Origin: the human T2T-CHM13v2.0 reference genome, Homo sapiens
Reading direction: 5' to 3' (one strand)
Length of the DNA stretch: 64,000 nt
Assembly (NCBI RefSeq): GCF_009914755.1
Contig: NC_060925.1
Shown: positions 46,711-63,192 of the stretch, in pieces
Position numbering within the stretch: position 1 is the stretch's first letter
How the letters are laid out: every line of letters starts with the position of its first letter
Translations under genes and position numbers: made by a program
Notes under the pieces: model-generated
Seen by the model: the letters and a program-made list of their open reading frames with translations, nothing else
Databases searched by the model: none
Told to the model about the DNA's origin: nothing

Positions 46711-47749
46711 CTTTTATTCTTGTTACCTATCAAAAAAAAAAAAGAGGCTAATTACTTGATTTTCCTTCTTACAGGAATCCCGAGTTTTCCACAATTGCAA
46801 TTTTTAAAGTTTAAAGTTATAACAAAGGAAGAAAACACTTAACTGGTCCAAATGAAGGTATTTGATTTTTGAGGGGGTAAAGGCTGAAAACATAATTGAT
46901 TCTATTTTAACACTTCAAAGATAGACCAATCCCTGTCCTAAATTGAAAGGGAGCATGTTGAAGTAATGTATTAAGGAAAGGAAGTCTCTATTAAATAAAA
47001 CCTTTTCCACCCTAAACATGTTTATAATACACACAGTCCAGTTGCTGTGGTGACCCATAGCCCAACTATTTTTCAGAGACAGTAGCTAAGACCCAAAAAA
47101 ACACAAAGTCTCCAAATTTTCTTCAGCCTGCTACTTAAAAAACCAAGTTATGAATGTATCAAGCCTAGTTTCGAATCAAAATACTCACCGTTGTCAAAAA
47201 GTAACCAAAAGTAACATGACGTTTTTAACTACACAGGCTCCTAAAAAATACTCTTTGTATAGGATCCTGCACAGTTCTTACAATATTCTTACAATAAAAC
47301 TTAAAGACACTACCTCACTAGGAATGAACAGATTCCACTTACGCAGTTTTAATGTTTAAGTAAAATCAAAGAGAAGAGTGTTCCTGAAGGGAAAATATTG
47401 AATCATACTACATTTTAATGAAAACACCGCTGCCAAACCTAAATATTGAAGCACCAAGTTTTCCAAGCCAGGGGGTGTAGGGGGTGGGAAAAGACGACAG
47501 AGGATCTGATCTATCAACCAAAGAGATGGACAAACCATTCTGATGAGGCATAGAACTCCAGAATCTTTATTTAAATTCCCCAAATTTCAAATAGCAATAG
47601 CTGGAGAAAAAGTGAAGTGTGTACTTTTGACTACTTCAGTCAACAACATCCCTATTTCCTTCCAAGGCCAGTTACTATCCCGCCCCGAAAGATGTTTCCA
47701 ATTGATCTTCCCAGGAATGAAGTTACCAGCCTCGATGCAGCTGTGCACA

Positions 47750-49020
47750 AGGCGGAAAGTAAAGAGGGGCGGGGGGCCGCTGGAGCGAAAGAGAAAAAGA
47801 AATGAAACTCGACACCGGATGACTAGCGAGCTAGGGGAGAGGAAGAAACGCGGACGGCCGCGTGTGCCCTACAGGAGATCAAAGTCTGGGGGAAGAGGTG
47901 CAACCTCACCGGGCCTTGGTAAGCACTGAATTACTGTACTTTCATTTTCCAACTTCCTGTCACTACAGAAAATGAGAATTGCTCCCCTCCTCCCCATCCA
48001 CGCCGAAAAAATCGCCGCCACCTTTCGCCCACGAGACTTCGGGGGACCAAGTAAGAGGCGACGAGAGCTGAGCGGTGCGCTGCGGCGTCCACCTGTGCGC
48101 CGCGGTGCCCGGCGGGCCGGGGGCGGACCCAAGGGGAGCGCGCGCGCCCGGCCCCGGCCCCCGTCCCCACTTCCTGTTGTGCCGCGCGCCCCTCGGCCCC
48201 CGCCCCCGCTCCCGGCCGGTGGGGCTGTGGCCGCGAGATCCCGAGGGGGCGCGCGGGGCTGACCGCTCACCGACGCCGCGCGCGGGGCTCCCCCTCGGTC
48301 TCCGCCTCGAACACGATGCGCCTCTCCGCCCTCAGCCTCCTCCTCACGCTGGAAACTCGAGGACGGCGCGGCAGCCGCTGCGACCCCCGCGGCGGAGCCG
48401 TAGAAGGCGGCGGCGGCCAAGCCGAGCCCGCCGGGTGCCCGCAGCCGCCCGCATCTCCCGCCGCCGCGGCTCCTGGCGCCCCGCCCTCCCCGCCCCCGCA
48501 CGCGGCAGCGGCGGCGCGGGTCTTGGGGCCGCTACACGCCGGGCGCGCGCGTTCGGGGCGTTCCTTGCAGCGGCGGGGCCTGCCAGGCCCTCCGCGGCCG
48601 CCGCCACTCTCAAACCCCCCGACTGCTCCTGGGTCCCTCCCAGACGCCGTAGTCGCTACACGTCACTTCCGGGGGAGGGGCTGCGACCCTAAGGGGTGTC
48701 GTGAGCCGCGTCTGCCAGCAAACCCGGGTTTGGTGTGGCCGGGGGATGTAGCTCGGGCGCCTCCTGGAGTCGTCTCGCCGCTCTCCGTCGCGTTCGGTGC
48801 GGTTGCTTCCAGGTCCCTGAGGCGCCCGTCCGGAACCCGCCAGGACCCAAGCTGCCGCCTGGGCCGGGACCTCGGACTCCTCAAAGGCGCGCCACTTTCT
48901 CCTCGGTTGGAGGGAAGAGGTGGCGCTCGCAGAGCAACCTGCGGGGGACCACTTCTGTTGGTGCTAAGCTTTGGCGAGAGTCTCCTCCCTCCTGTGTCCC
49001 TCGTCCTCCTTACCACTCGC
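47750..49020. promoter_or_regulatory. CpG island / ELK4 promoter
   Basis: Very high GC and CpG density, GC boxes, ETS site ACTTCCGG at 48665-48672. Confidence 0.93.
48271..48650 (-). other. ELK4: ELK4 non-coding exon 1 (TSS approximate)
   Basis: Minus-strand donor TCG|GTGAGC at 48271/48270 inside the CpG island; joins exon 2 as ...gcgtcg|ctcattgctATG; the 5' end cannot be fixed from sequence. Confidence 0.75.
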
Positions 49021-49539
49021 TGTTAGAAGTTGGGGCCGTCACAGCTTTCTCATCGAAGTGCCAGATCCCAGGACACTACAAACGCTTGATAAATACTAAA
49101 TTAGCACTGTGGCTTTCTAGCCTGGGGACTGACAAATGGAAGCGCTGGAGTCGTGGGAAAAGCTTGCCCTGACGATGGAGGCAGCGACCAGAAATCCATT
49201 CGTGGCTCTACCCCTCACTAACTCACCAATTTTAAGCAACCTTAACCTCTCTAAAACAGTCATCATTTATAAGGTGGAGAGAACCCAATCTTAGAGTTGT
49301 TGTAATGATTAAAGAAAATAAGGTGCATGAAACACCTAGCAAGAGTTTCTAGCTTAGAGGTTCTCATTAAGTAAAATTCTTAAGGAATCAGGTCACACTT
49401 GATACAAGAGGCTACTTGAGCAGTTTAGCACCAGAAGGAATGTAAAGTCATAAATTAGGACAGCTGAACAAAACCTCCAAGAAATAAATTAGGTGTTTGT
49501 TTAACAAGAAACCAAAGAGAGGTCAGTGTCTGAGTTACT

Positions 49540-49730
49540 GGTTATTCGAGGCCATTTACTAGCTGTGTGACCTGTAGTGAGTTGCTTAACCTTTCTGGAC
49601 CTCAGTTTCCTCATGTAAAATGACGATAATGAGCAGCATTGCTGAGAGGATTAAATGAAGTATAGAGCATAATGTACTTAGTGCATTACCTAGCACATAG
49701 TAGATACCCAGTAAATCGTGGTGTCATTTA
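49540..49730 (+). mobile_element. MIR
   Basis: ttactagctgtgtgacc...ctcagtttcctcatgtaaaatg. Confidence 0.75.
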
Positions 49731-50682
49731 TTTTTGCCCCCACAATTGAATGTATAGTTAATTGAACTCACTGAGTGAAATGTGATTCTGTCATCCTTTT
49801 GTAGGCTTTTGGAAGAGAATCATCACTTCCTTGATTTCCAGCCTCCTCTTCCATAATACAGAGTAATTATAATCCACAAAGGTAGCTATTCCTGTAAAAA
49901 CAACTCTACCAAAAGATGTTACCTTTCCAAAATTAGTTTTACCAAAGCATGCAAACATATTAAGACATGTTTTATAAGGAACATGCAGTATCTGAAAAGC
50001 ACTAGCAGTCTTGGCCCCTAACATAAAATTTTCCTTGCAACAAGTTCCATCTTGGAAACCAAGGAAAAAAAAAGTATTAAGGTAGGCTGTTTAGGATACA
50101 CCTATTGGAAACATTTGTTTATAAAAAGATTTCATTTTAAAGCCCCCTACCAAGAACAGTTAAGGGTTGTGGAGATCTGCACACTACACTGCTCTGTTCA
50201 AACTGGCAGTAAACATCTGATTCGGCCTTAGGGCCAGTAGTTGTGTCATATCCCTTTTAGACTGAGCTTACGGCATTGTCAATTGCAGTGTATTTTTGGA
50301 AAACAGCCTGCTTTGGGAGTTCTTAAATTAGTCATAGCAAATCTGTCTGCTTTTAAATTGACTTTTTTTTAAGGCGGTACATATTGACAGAAGAGAAAGG
50401 AAGAAAAGTGGATTTCTAATTAGAGAACTTGAGGGGAAAAGTTAATTAATGTGCCTGGTTTTCCCACTCAAGATTCTATAAATACACAATCTCTCTCCAT
50501 GGTTCCTCACACAACAGATGGTTCTGTTTGTGCAAACTCCATGGTAGTTACGTTGGTCAACCAAAAAGACTGCTTTTTCGTTATCTTGTTTGGTCACTTT
50601 CCCACCAGATAGATGGATTCCTGATCTTAGCCTTAGTTACTCAGAGCCATCCCAAAGAAAATTTGTAGATTTTATTACAATG

Positions 50683-51336
<654 letters not shown>

Positions 51337-51869
51337 TAGATTTTTTTTCTTAATCACTGCAGTTAACTCAGCTCTGCAACCCCTTGCCCCTAATTTAATT
51401 ACATTTCCTATCCCAATAACACCTAGTTATGATCATTACTTCTCAAGGCAACTTCCTCTTCCCTCTCTTTATTTCACTGCTTCATCATTACTCCCAGTCA
51501 CTATCCCTTTTTCCTAAAGAAGTGTTTCACGGATTTTTGACTGACTAAGCAAGCATGGAGCCATCCAGTTGCCTGTTACGTCTTTCAAGCAATATCCTGT
51601 AGCACGTGACATTAAGAAGAGATATCTTTTAAGTCAAAGACAGCACCCACAACCCCAGGTGGGGACAAGTGTGGAGCAAATTGCAACATGACTGAGAAGA
51701 AAGAATAAAAATCTGGGATATCTGGGTTCTAGCCTTTGGGTCTCCCTAAACTCAAAACTTGAACCTCCTGAGAAAATCCTTGCGACTTACCCTTTCTGGG
51801 TTTCACTTTCAACATCTTTAGAAATAAAAGAGACATACCTTTCACTTCATGTCTGTAATGGATAGACTA

Positions 51870-52199
<330 letters not shown>

Positions 52200-52819
52200 T
52201 CAAATGATGCTTTGAACTCTTGGTAAATAGCCCTATTGCTGTTATATTTGTGTGGACTGAGATCTTAGATAGAGGTAAAGTTATCTTTGAAAAGAAAACT
52301 CTGGCTAGCTGTATATTGAATCTGGCAGCACTGGCAACCCCTACTACCTGTTAAGGTCCTAAACTTTACCAAATATAACCAGTAAACGTTTCATCCCCAA
52401 TAATAAGGCTTTTAATCAGAGGGTATTAAGGGTCCGGAGAAAACCCAATCTGAAGGTCATTGAACAAGGTACTTGTGGCCTCTAGACTGTGAAGTAAACT
52501 CATGGCAACATCTTTCAGGACTAGCTGTAATCTCCACACAATACATTGTTTTTTCAGAGAGGACATGACGAGACATGAGTTATTGCAATTACCGCCTGAG
52601 GCATAGCAACTGTCTAATATGTTTGATGACCTGTCACAAACACAGGTCAGAAAATAGCTTCATATAATTTTCATTCTTGATCTCTACACCCAGTCTACTT
52701 ATTTTCTTTTAATATTTTTAACCTCAAGTAATTTTATTGGTCTTTGATAAATGTATTATTTCTAGACTTATAAAAATTGATATGGAATATGTAATAGAGA
52801 AAGAAGAGAGAATATATCA

Positions 52820-53101
52820 ATTTTTTTTTGAGACAAAATCTCACTCTGTCACCCAGGCTGGAGTGCAGTGATGGGATCTCGACTTACTGCAACCTCTGCC
52901 TGCCGGGTTCAAGCGATTCTCCTGCCTCAGGCACCTGAGTAGCTGGGATTACAGGCGTGTGCCACCATGCCTTGCTAATCTTTGTGTATTTAGTAGAGAC
53001 GGGGTTTCGCCATGTTGGCCAGGCTGGTCTCAAACTCCTGACCTCAGGTGATCTGCCCACCTTGACCTCCCAAAGTGTTGGGATTACAGGCGTGAGCCAC
53101 C
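52820..53101 (-). mobile_element. Alu
   Basis: Dimer, 5' end slightly short. Confidence 0.93.
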
Positions 53102-55049
53102 TTTGGAAAAGGTGTTCCTTAATTGATAAAAGCTCATGAAATCTGCCTTTTGTATAATTGTTTAAGATTCTGGTGTTTGGACCAGCTCCTTGCAGAATAC
53201 ATATTGCTCTGAATTTTAAGCCAAAATAATTTTTCCTCTCTGGTGTATTTTATAATCACTGTCTGGAAAAAAAACTTCTTCAATTAAAGTTAATTAAGGA
53301 AGCACCAATATATGATACTATGCTGTTATTACAGAAGAAACTCAAAGAGCATTTGCTCTTCTAGGAATTCTGAGTCTTGAATTGGCAACACTGACACCCT
53401 CAGCGACCATCATTGCTGTCCACGACTTCCAGCATTTTCAGAATTCTTTTGCTATCCCGTTGACATGAACAAAGAATTCAGCTAAGGATTCAGAAATGAT
53501 GGGAGAGGCAGTCAGGCTGACAAACGAAGATATAAGTGCAGCTCTGAGCAGGGTTTTGTGTTGTGAGGGAAGTAAAATGAGGGTTTGGAGAGAGTAAAAT
53601 TACCACCTCCCACTGCATTAAAGAACATTTCCTGGAAAGGGTGGAGTTTGAAAGACTTGGTGCTAATTCAAAAAGATGGAATGCCATCTTTTTTTTTTCC
53701 TTGCTTTATATATCCAGCAGCAAAACAAAATTGTTCTGCTGTGCTAGAAAATTTGGCTTGTGAGTCGTGTACACAACTCAGGAGTGTGACACAGCTACCA
53801 GCTTTCCTCCTAACTCTCAAGGGAAGAAAATTCAAGTTCTGTCTAGGCTCACTCTGTAAAGTGGGAAACTTGCTGGTTTTGTAGGCTTTTTTTCCCCTTC
53901 TTTCCCTCTCTCAGCTTCTCCCTGCTTCTCAGAAGATGGAGTTGTGATGCCTGCAACTTACCAAATTTATCTATGAATCAGATTCCAGTGGGAGACCCCT
54001 AAAGCAGAGGGAGAATAAGGAGTTCTCCCCATGATGGAAAATATCCAAAGACAAGGTTTCATGGAGCAAAGAATTCTGGCTAGATTTGGTTTGTAAGTGG
54101 ATCCCTCCCCACTGTGTGTACACTTTATCTGTCTCTTTGCTTCTTCCCCACCCTCTTTCCCAGCTCTCTCTCTGTCTCTCTCTTGTTCCCTGACCCTTTT
54201 TTCTTCCTATGCATACTTTTTTCTTTCCCTTTTTAATCTCTATATCTTAATCCTACCAATGGCCCTCTGAGAATTTATTAGCCATGATAGGGATTCTTAG
54301 GCCTGAGATTTCTTATCAAAAAATATTTTTAAAGCATTAACCGTGTGCTGAGCTCTGTGCTGGATACTTTAGGAGATTCAAAAATAAGACCAGTCTCTTC
54401 TCTTCAGAAGTTTCCAGTAGATAAAGGGGTAACATCACTATAATATAGGAAAGAGTATTTAGTGGAGGTAAAAACTACGAATGTTGAGAGTGTTGAGAGT
54501 AGGGAGGAGAAGATCAGGAGAATCTTCGTGTTCCCACCAGAGAACCAACCTGACCACTCCAGGGTATGGTATTCAGGCATTTGGCCTGAAATGTCTTCTT
54601 CTTTACTCTCTCCCATCTGACTGTCTCCTACTTTAGGGCTCAGCTTAGATGTCCCCGATTCCAGGAAGTCCCCTAACACCCTAAACTAGGTTTGGGACTT
54701 TCCAGTGTCTCCCATCATGTCCAGTACTGGTCCTTGCAGCACTCTCCACACTGACTTGAAGTTTCTTACTTGTCTCTTCAAGTGTTGGAAATGAGTTCTG
54801 GAGAAGAGAGCCCAGGTTGTTTACCTTTGCAGCACAGTTGCAGAATAATCCCTGCCCCAGGAGTGGCTCAGTAAAGGTTTATTGAAGAGATCATCCAGGA
54901 AAAGGGAATGGCATGGCAGAGCTCAGAGGCACAAACTGCCTGGCATAGAGATTTGCAGCGTGGCTTGCGCTGGAGTCCGTTTCGTCTGCCTCTCCACGGC
55001 CTTTGCTTCACCCACTACTGCCTCTCTTACGTTCGGCCTCTCACCTCCC

Positions 55050-56768
<1,719 letters not shown>

Positions 56769-56960
56769 TCCCACTTCAAGGAAGACTCAGCTCTCAAATG
56801 TTATTTCTTCCCTGCTTCCCCTGACCACCTCCCACCTCTACCCCATTAGATGTGATTGTTCTTCCTGTGGGAATGTTCCTATTTATTTAACAAATATTTT
56901 GTGAGTTCCTGCCATACACCAGGCACTGTGCTAAGAAAGAGGAATATAAGATGCTTTCAG

Positions 56961-57275
<315 letters not shown>

Positions 57276-57317
57276 TCAGTTAAGGGTAATAGACTGATAA
57301 GTAATCATTTATAGCAC

Positions 57318-57452
57318 TGTATGAATTTGACTTCTCTAGGAAACTCATATAAGTGGAATCATTAGTATTTGTCTTTTTGTGACTGGTTTATTTTACTTGG
57401 CATAAATGTCCTCAAGGTCCATCCATGTTATAGCAGGTGTCAGAATTTCCTG
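57318..57452 (-). mobile_element. L1M fragment
   Basis: ctcatataagtggaatcat...tttgtgactggtttattttacttggcata is L1M 3'UTR text. Confidence 0.75.
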
Positions 57453-57479
57453 ATTAATACTAGAGACTCACTTTTATAG

Positions 57480-57810
<331 letters not shown>

Positions 57811-59537
57811 TAAACCATGCATTAATGATGAAATAGTCACCGCTTTCATGACAGCTTTCCTTGCTCTCCAAACTGTGTATTATTACCATCTCTTCTGTAT
57901 TCTAGGAGAGGAGGAAGAGAGGTGTATATGCCTCTTTATAGCCTGTGTAACATTCTGTTTTGTATTACAGCCATGTTTGTACTTGGGATGGGGACCTTAG
58001 CATCTCTTGTTGAACAGAGCGCTTTATACACAACAGACCAACACGTTTGGTTGGATGAATGGTCATATTCAACCTCTTCAGATGCCACTATTCATGGCAA
58101 TTGACCATTGTCCACAGCCTCATATCAGAGAATCTCAAGGTTAAAAGGTGCTTAAAAATAATGTAGCCCAAGCATCCCTTAATGCTTCAATCTCCTTCAC
58201 AACCCTGCACCAAACACTTATCCAGCCCATGTTCCAAAACCTCCAAGGCAGAACCCTTCACCCTTTGCCTACCAAAACCTGTATTCCTGTAACCTCTCCT
58301 GGCCCCATTCTGATCTCTGGAGAACATAGAACAACTCCATCCCTTCCTCCTCAGAGCAGCCTTTTCAATAGCTGAAGACTGCTCTCAAGTCTCCTGGGAA
58401 TCTCTTTGCCAAGCTAAATATATCTCCATCCTCTAGTGAGAGGATTTCAAGAACCTTTACTATCTTGCCCATTGCCCTTGCTCTAAATAGGAGGTAAAAT
58501 GACAATAATGGCCACATTGGGCACAGCATGGTTTTCTGTTGCAAGCTATCGACCCCAGATTGAACAGTCATAAGCTTTATGTAAGCAAAAAGAAAAAAAG
58601 TTTTACATCAGGTTTGAAAATAGGCTGCCAGTTGCCTCACTGCTCCAAACACCCTGCTGCCCACTTTGCCACCAGCTAGCAGGTGAGATTAGTGGATTGT
58701 GCAGTGGGAAGAGCCTTCCTCATTGGGCCTGTTTCCTTTTCTGTAAACTGAGGGAGTGGTTTGATCCCCACTTCCACAACACAACCAGGAAAGGGGTGGC
58801 ATGCCTAAAAATGTCATTGTAAAGAAGATGCGATGCAGTGCTACTGCTAGAAGACTATTTGCAGAAATTTTCTACCAGCTAACTGAAATTAAGCATTGGG
58901 CCAGCTCTAGCCATTCATCCCTCTGGATGTGTACTGTTGAATTAGTTTCCCAGCGTAACATAGACTGCAGTGGTCTGGGCCAGCTCTCAACAGAGTAACA
59001 AGGAGGCAAGGTCTTTGGGCCTGCCCTGTCCCTCCTGTACCCCATCTCTCATTGTCCTGAATGCTCAGTTTCAAGAACCAAACTATGCTCACTGTGGATA
59101 GTTTGCTTCTGTGCATCTTTGAAACTCATTGATCAGGGATCTCCGAGAGGATAGGGACTGTATCTGTCTATTCACCCTGTACCCCTGCCTTCCCCCATTG
59201 CACCTTGCTCTTCAGAAAAAAAAAAAATTCATCCAACTGTTTATATTTTCGTGTGAATTTATGTCAGTGCATTATTTTCCCATTTTAAGTCTTATTTCTA
59301 ATTATGGTCTCCAATTAAGGGGATTCCATCCTCAGCTAACAGGTAAGATTAGTGGATTGTGCAGTGGGAAGAACCTTCCTCATTGGGCCTCAGTTTCCTC
59401 ATCTGTAAACTGAGAGAGTGCTTTGATCCCCAGCTCTGGTATCTAAGGATTGATGATTTATTTGGTGTTAGTAAATAAACCTAGGGGCCCTCTGTGCACT
59501 CCCAAACCCCTGGGCCCCCATCAAAACACTGTCACCT

Positions 59538-60030
59538 TGTATTAGGATCTCCAGATAAATAGAACCAATAGGGTTTGTGTGTGTGTGTGGTGTGTGTGTA
59601 AAGAGATTTATTACAAAGAATTGGCTCACACTTATTGAAGGCTGACAAGTCCCAAGTCCCAAGATCTGCAGGGTAAGTCAGCAAGCTAGAGACCCAGGAG
59701 AGCCTGTGGTACAGTTCCGGTCCAAAGGCTAGCAGTTACAGACCCAGGAAGAGCCAATATTTTAAGTCCACAGGCAGGAAAAAGTCAATATCCCAGTTTA
59801 AATGCAGCCAGGCAAGAGGAATTCTGTCTTACTCAGAGCAAGGATCTGTTTTGTTCTGTTCAGGCCTTTACTGATTGGATGAGGCCCACCCACATTATGG
59901 AAGACAAACTGCTTTACTCAGTCTACCGATTTAAATGTTCATCCCATCCAAAAACATCCAGAATAATGTTTGACCAAATATCTAAACATCCTGTGGCCCA
60001 GTCAAATTGACACATAAAATTCATCATCAT
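59538..60030 (-). mobile_element. MLT2 (ERVL) solo LTR
   Basis: tgtattagg...agaaccaatagg (GT)n gagatttattacaaagaattggctcac ... gtcaaattgacacataaaatt. Confidence 0.88.
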
Positions 60031-60218
60031 ACCCTTAGAGGTAGGTAACAGCCACTCAAAAGGCCTGGCCCTGTCGTGAACAAGAGAGGTATCAGACAGG
60101 CAAGTTCTTTGAACTCCTGGATATAAAGGCAAGGCCCATCCTTGGTCTCCGACTCTATCTCTTCCCCTAACACCCCTGCCCACAATTCCTACAATTTCTT
60201 TCCACTGCCATTCACATC

Positions 60219-60510
<292 letters not shown>

Positions 60511-60545
60511 ATTTTTTTTTTTTTTTTAACATTAAGAAAATTTTA

Positions 60546-60878
<333 letters not shown>

Positions 60879-61354
60879 TTACTTATAAAATTACTAGATA
60901 TTCATAAATTAAATAAAATTATTCTTTTTATAGCACACTGAAACAAAAGCCACAAACTCATCTGAAAAACTGTGAAACCACTCATCATTCATAGAGTATT
61001 ACTAAACTGAATCTAAAGGTCAAAAAAAAGTACTGCAGTAAACCACATGATACGCAAAAGTAAAACACAACTTTTATCTTAGGCCCAGCCACCTGATATT
61101 AGAAGCTGGAGCGTTAAGCTGAGGTTGTCCACTTGCCCAAAAGAAATACAGTTTTCATTTGCCCATTCATTTTGTTTGCCCAATAATTCATTTAAACAAA
61201 CAAGCAAATGTAATGAGCACCTACTATGTGTAAACACAGAGCTAGAGTGGGGGCAACACAACAATGAATAAGATGCAGCTTTTCCCTGGAAGATCTTGGT
61301 GGAGGACCAGATTGCAAATTCTTGCCTGGGCTTCAGAAATCAATTTAGTATCAT

Positions 61355-61661
61355 GGCTGGGCGTAGTGGCTCACACCTGTAATCCTAGCACTTCGGGAGG
61401 CCGAGGTGGGCAGATCACCTGAGGTCAGAAGTTTGAGACCAGTCTGGCCAACATGGTGAAACCCCATCTCTACTAAAAAAAATACAAAAATTAGCCAGGC
61501 GTGGTGGCACGTGCCTATAATCCCAGGTACTGGGGAGGCTGAGGCAGGAGAAATGCTTCAACCTGGGGTGGGGAGCTGAGGTTGCAGTGAGCTGAGATAG
61601 AGTCACTTCACTCCAGCCTGAGCGAAAGAGCAAGACTCTGTCTTTAAAAAACAAAAAACAA
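61355..61661 (+). mobile_element. Alu
   Basis: Full dimer. Confidence 0.93.
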
Positions 61662-62528
61662 GCATCGTTTCTCCTAGGAAGCCCTCTCTGATCCCCCAGG
61701 GCCCCTCTGAGACTGGGCCCCTCCAGGCACACCCCCATCACAGCACTGTGACACATTCTATAATTGCTTCTGCATATCTCCAGCCCCCTCACTGCTTGGG
61801 GACATCCAAGAGGACAAAGACTGCATCTGTCTCTTCACCGTGTCGCAGCCCCAGCACGTGGTAGTTGCTTAATAAATGTGGAAAGACTTAGCAGATGATG
61901 AAGTCAAACAAATTTCTGCCCAGTGAACATAAGGACCACAGTAGCAGTATGCTATAAGGAGACTGAGGCAGGAGTGATTAACTTCAGAGGCCATAGAAAG
62001 AAATGTTTAAGCTGAGTGTTGGAGAATAAATACAAATTCAGTAGGCAGAGAGCTCTCCATGAAGAGAATGCAGCCAACAGCAAAGGCACTGAGGCTCAAC
62101 AGAGCAAAGTTTGCTTGAATGGAGGGAAGCAGGTCATCATGGCTGAAGCAGGATTTGAGGGGCTGGGAGAGCTGAGGCGGTGGGCAAAGGGGATAAAGAG
62201 GTGTACAAAGCCACACGTGAAGGGGCTTGTTTGTCGCATGCAGAAACGTGAGTCTCCTGAGGGTCCTCCGCCAGCCCAAGCATGAGGTAGTCAGCTCAGT
62301 GCTCCGGCCAGATAACCCAGGCTGTAGTACAGGCATGGACCCAGCGGAGGGACAGGCGGGACTGGAGAAAGGAAGAGGGATGGGTTCATGTGTGAGTCCA
62401 GAAAGAGATGCTAAGGGCCCAACCATGACAGTAGCAGTGAGGATGGCAATGAGAAAATCAATGTGAGGGATAGGTAGGAGATAAAATCAATAAGACTTAG
62501 TGGGTTTTTTTTAATGGCTAATGCATGA

Positions 62529-63044
<516 letters not shown>

Positions 63045-63060
63045 TAGAAATAACTTTCCT

Positions 63061-63192
63061 GGCCAGGCTCGGTGGCTCATGCCTGTAATCCCAAAACTCT
63101 GGCAGGCCGAGGCCACAGGATGACTTGAGGCCAGGAGTTTGAGACCAGCCTGGGCAACATAGTGAGACCACATCTCTAATAAATAAAAAAAA
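63061..63192 (+). mobile_element. Alu monomer (FLAM-like)
   Basis: Single arm. Confidence 0.85.

Noticed and set aside
48912-48927. CTCF-like aggtggcgct near the ELK4 promoter
   Set aside because: The 5' half of the motif does not match, and GC-rich background makes partial hits common
47869-49172. Long ORFs (145-236 aa) on both strands of the CpG island
   Set aside because: Low-complexity Arg/Pro/Gly/Ala frames expected from stop-codon scarcity at high GC; several lack an ATG start. Only the ATG-initiated uORF was kept
53936-54092. Selenoprotein reading of the two in-frame TGA codons
   Set aside because: No SECIS or selenoprotein homology evident; chance or CpG decay is simpler
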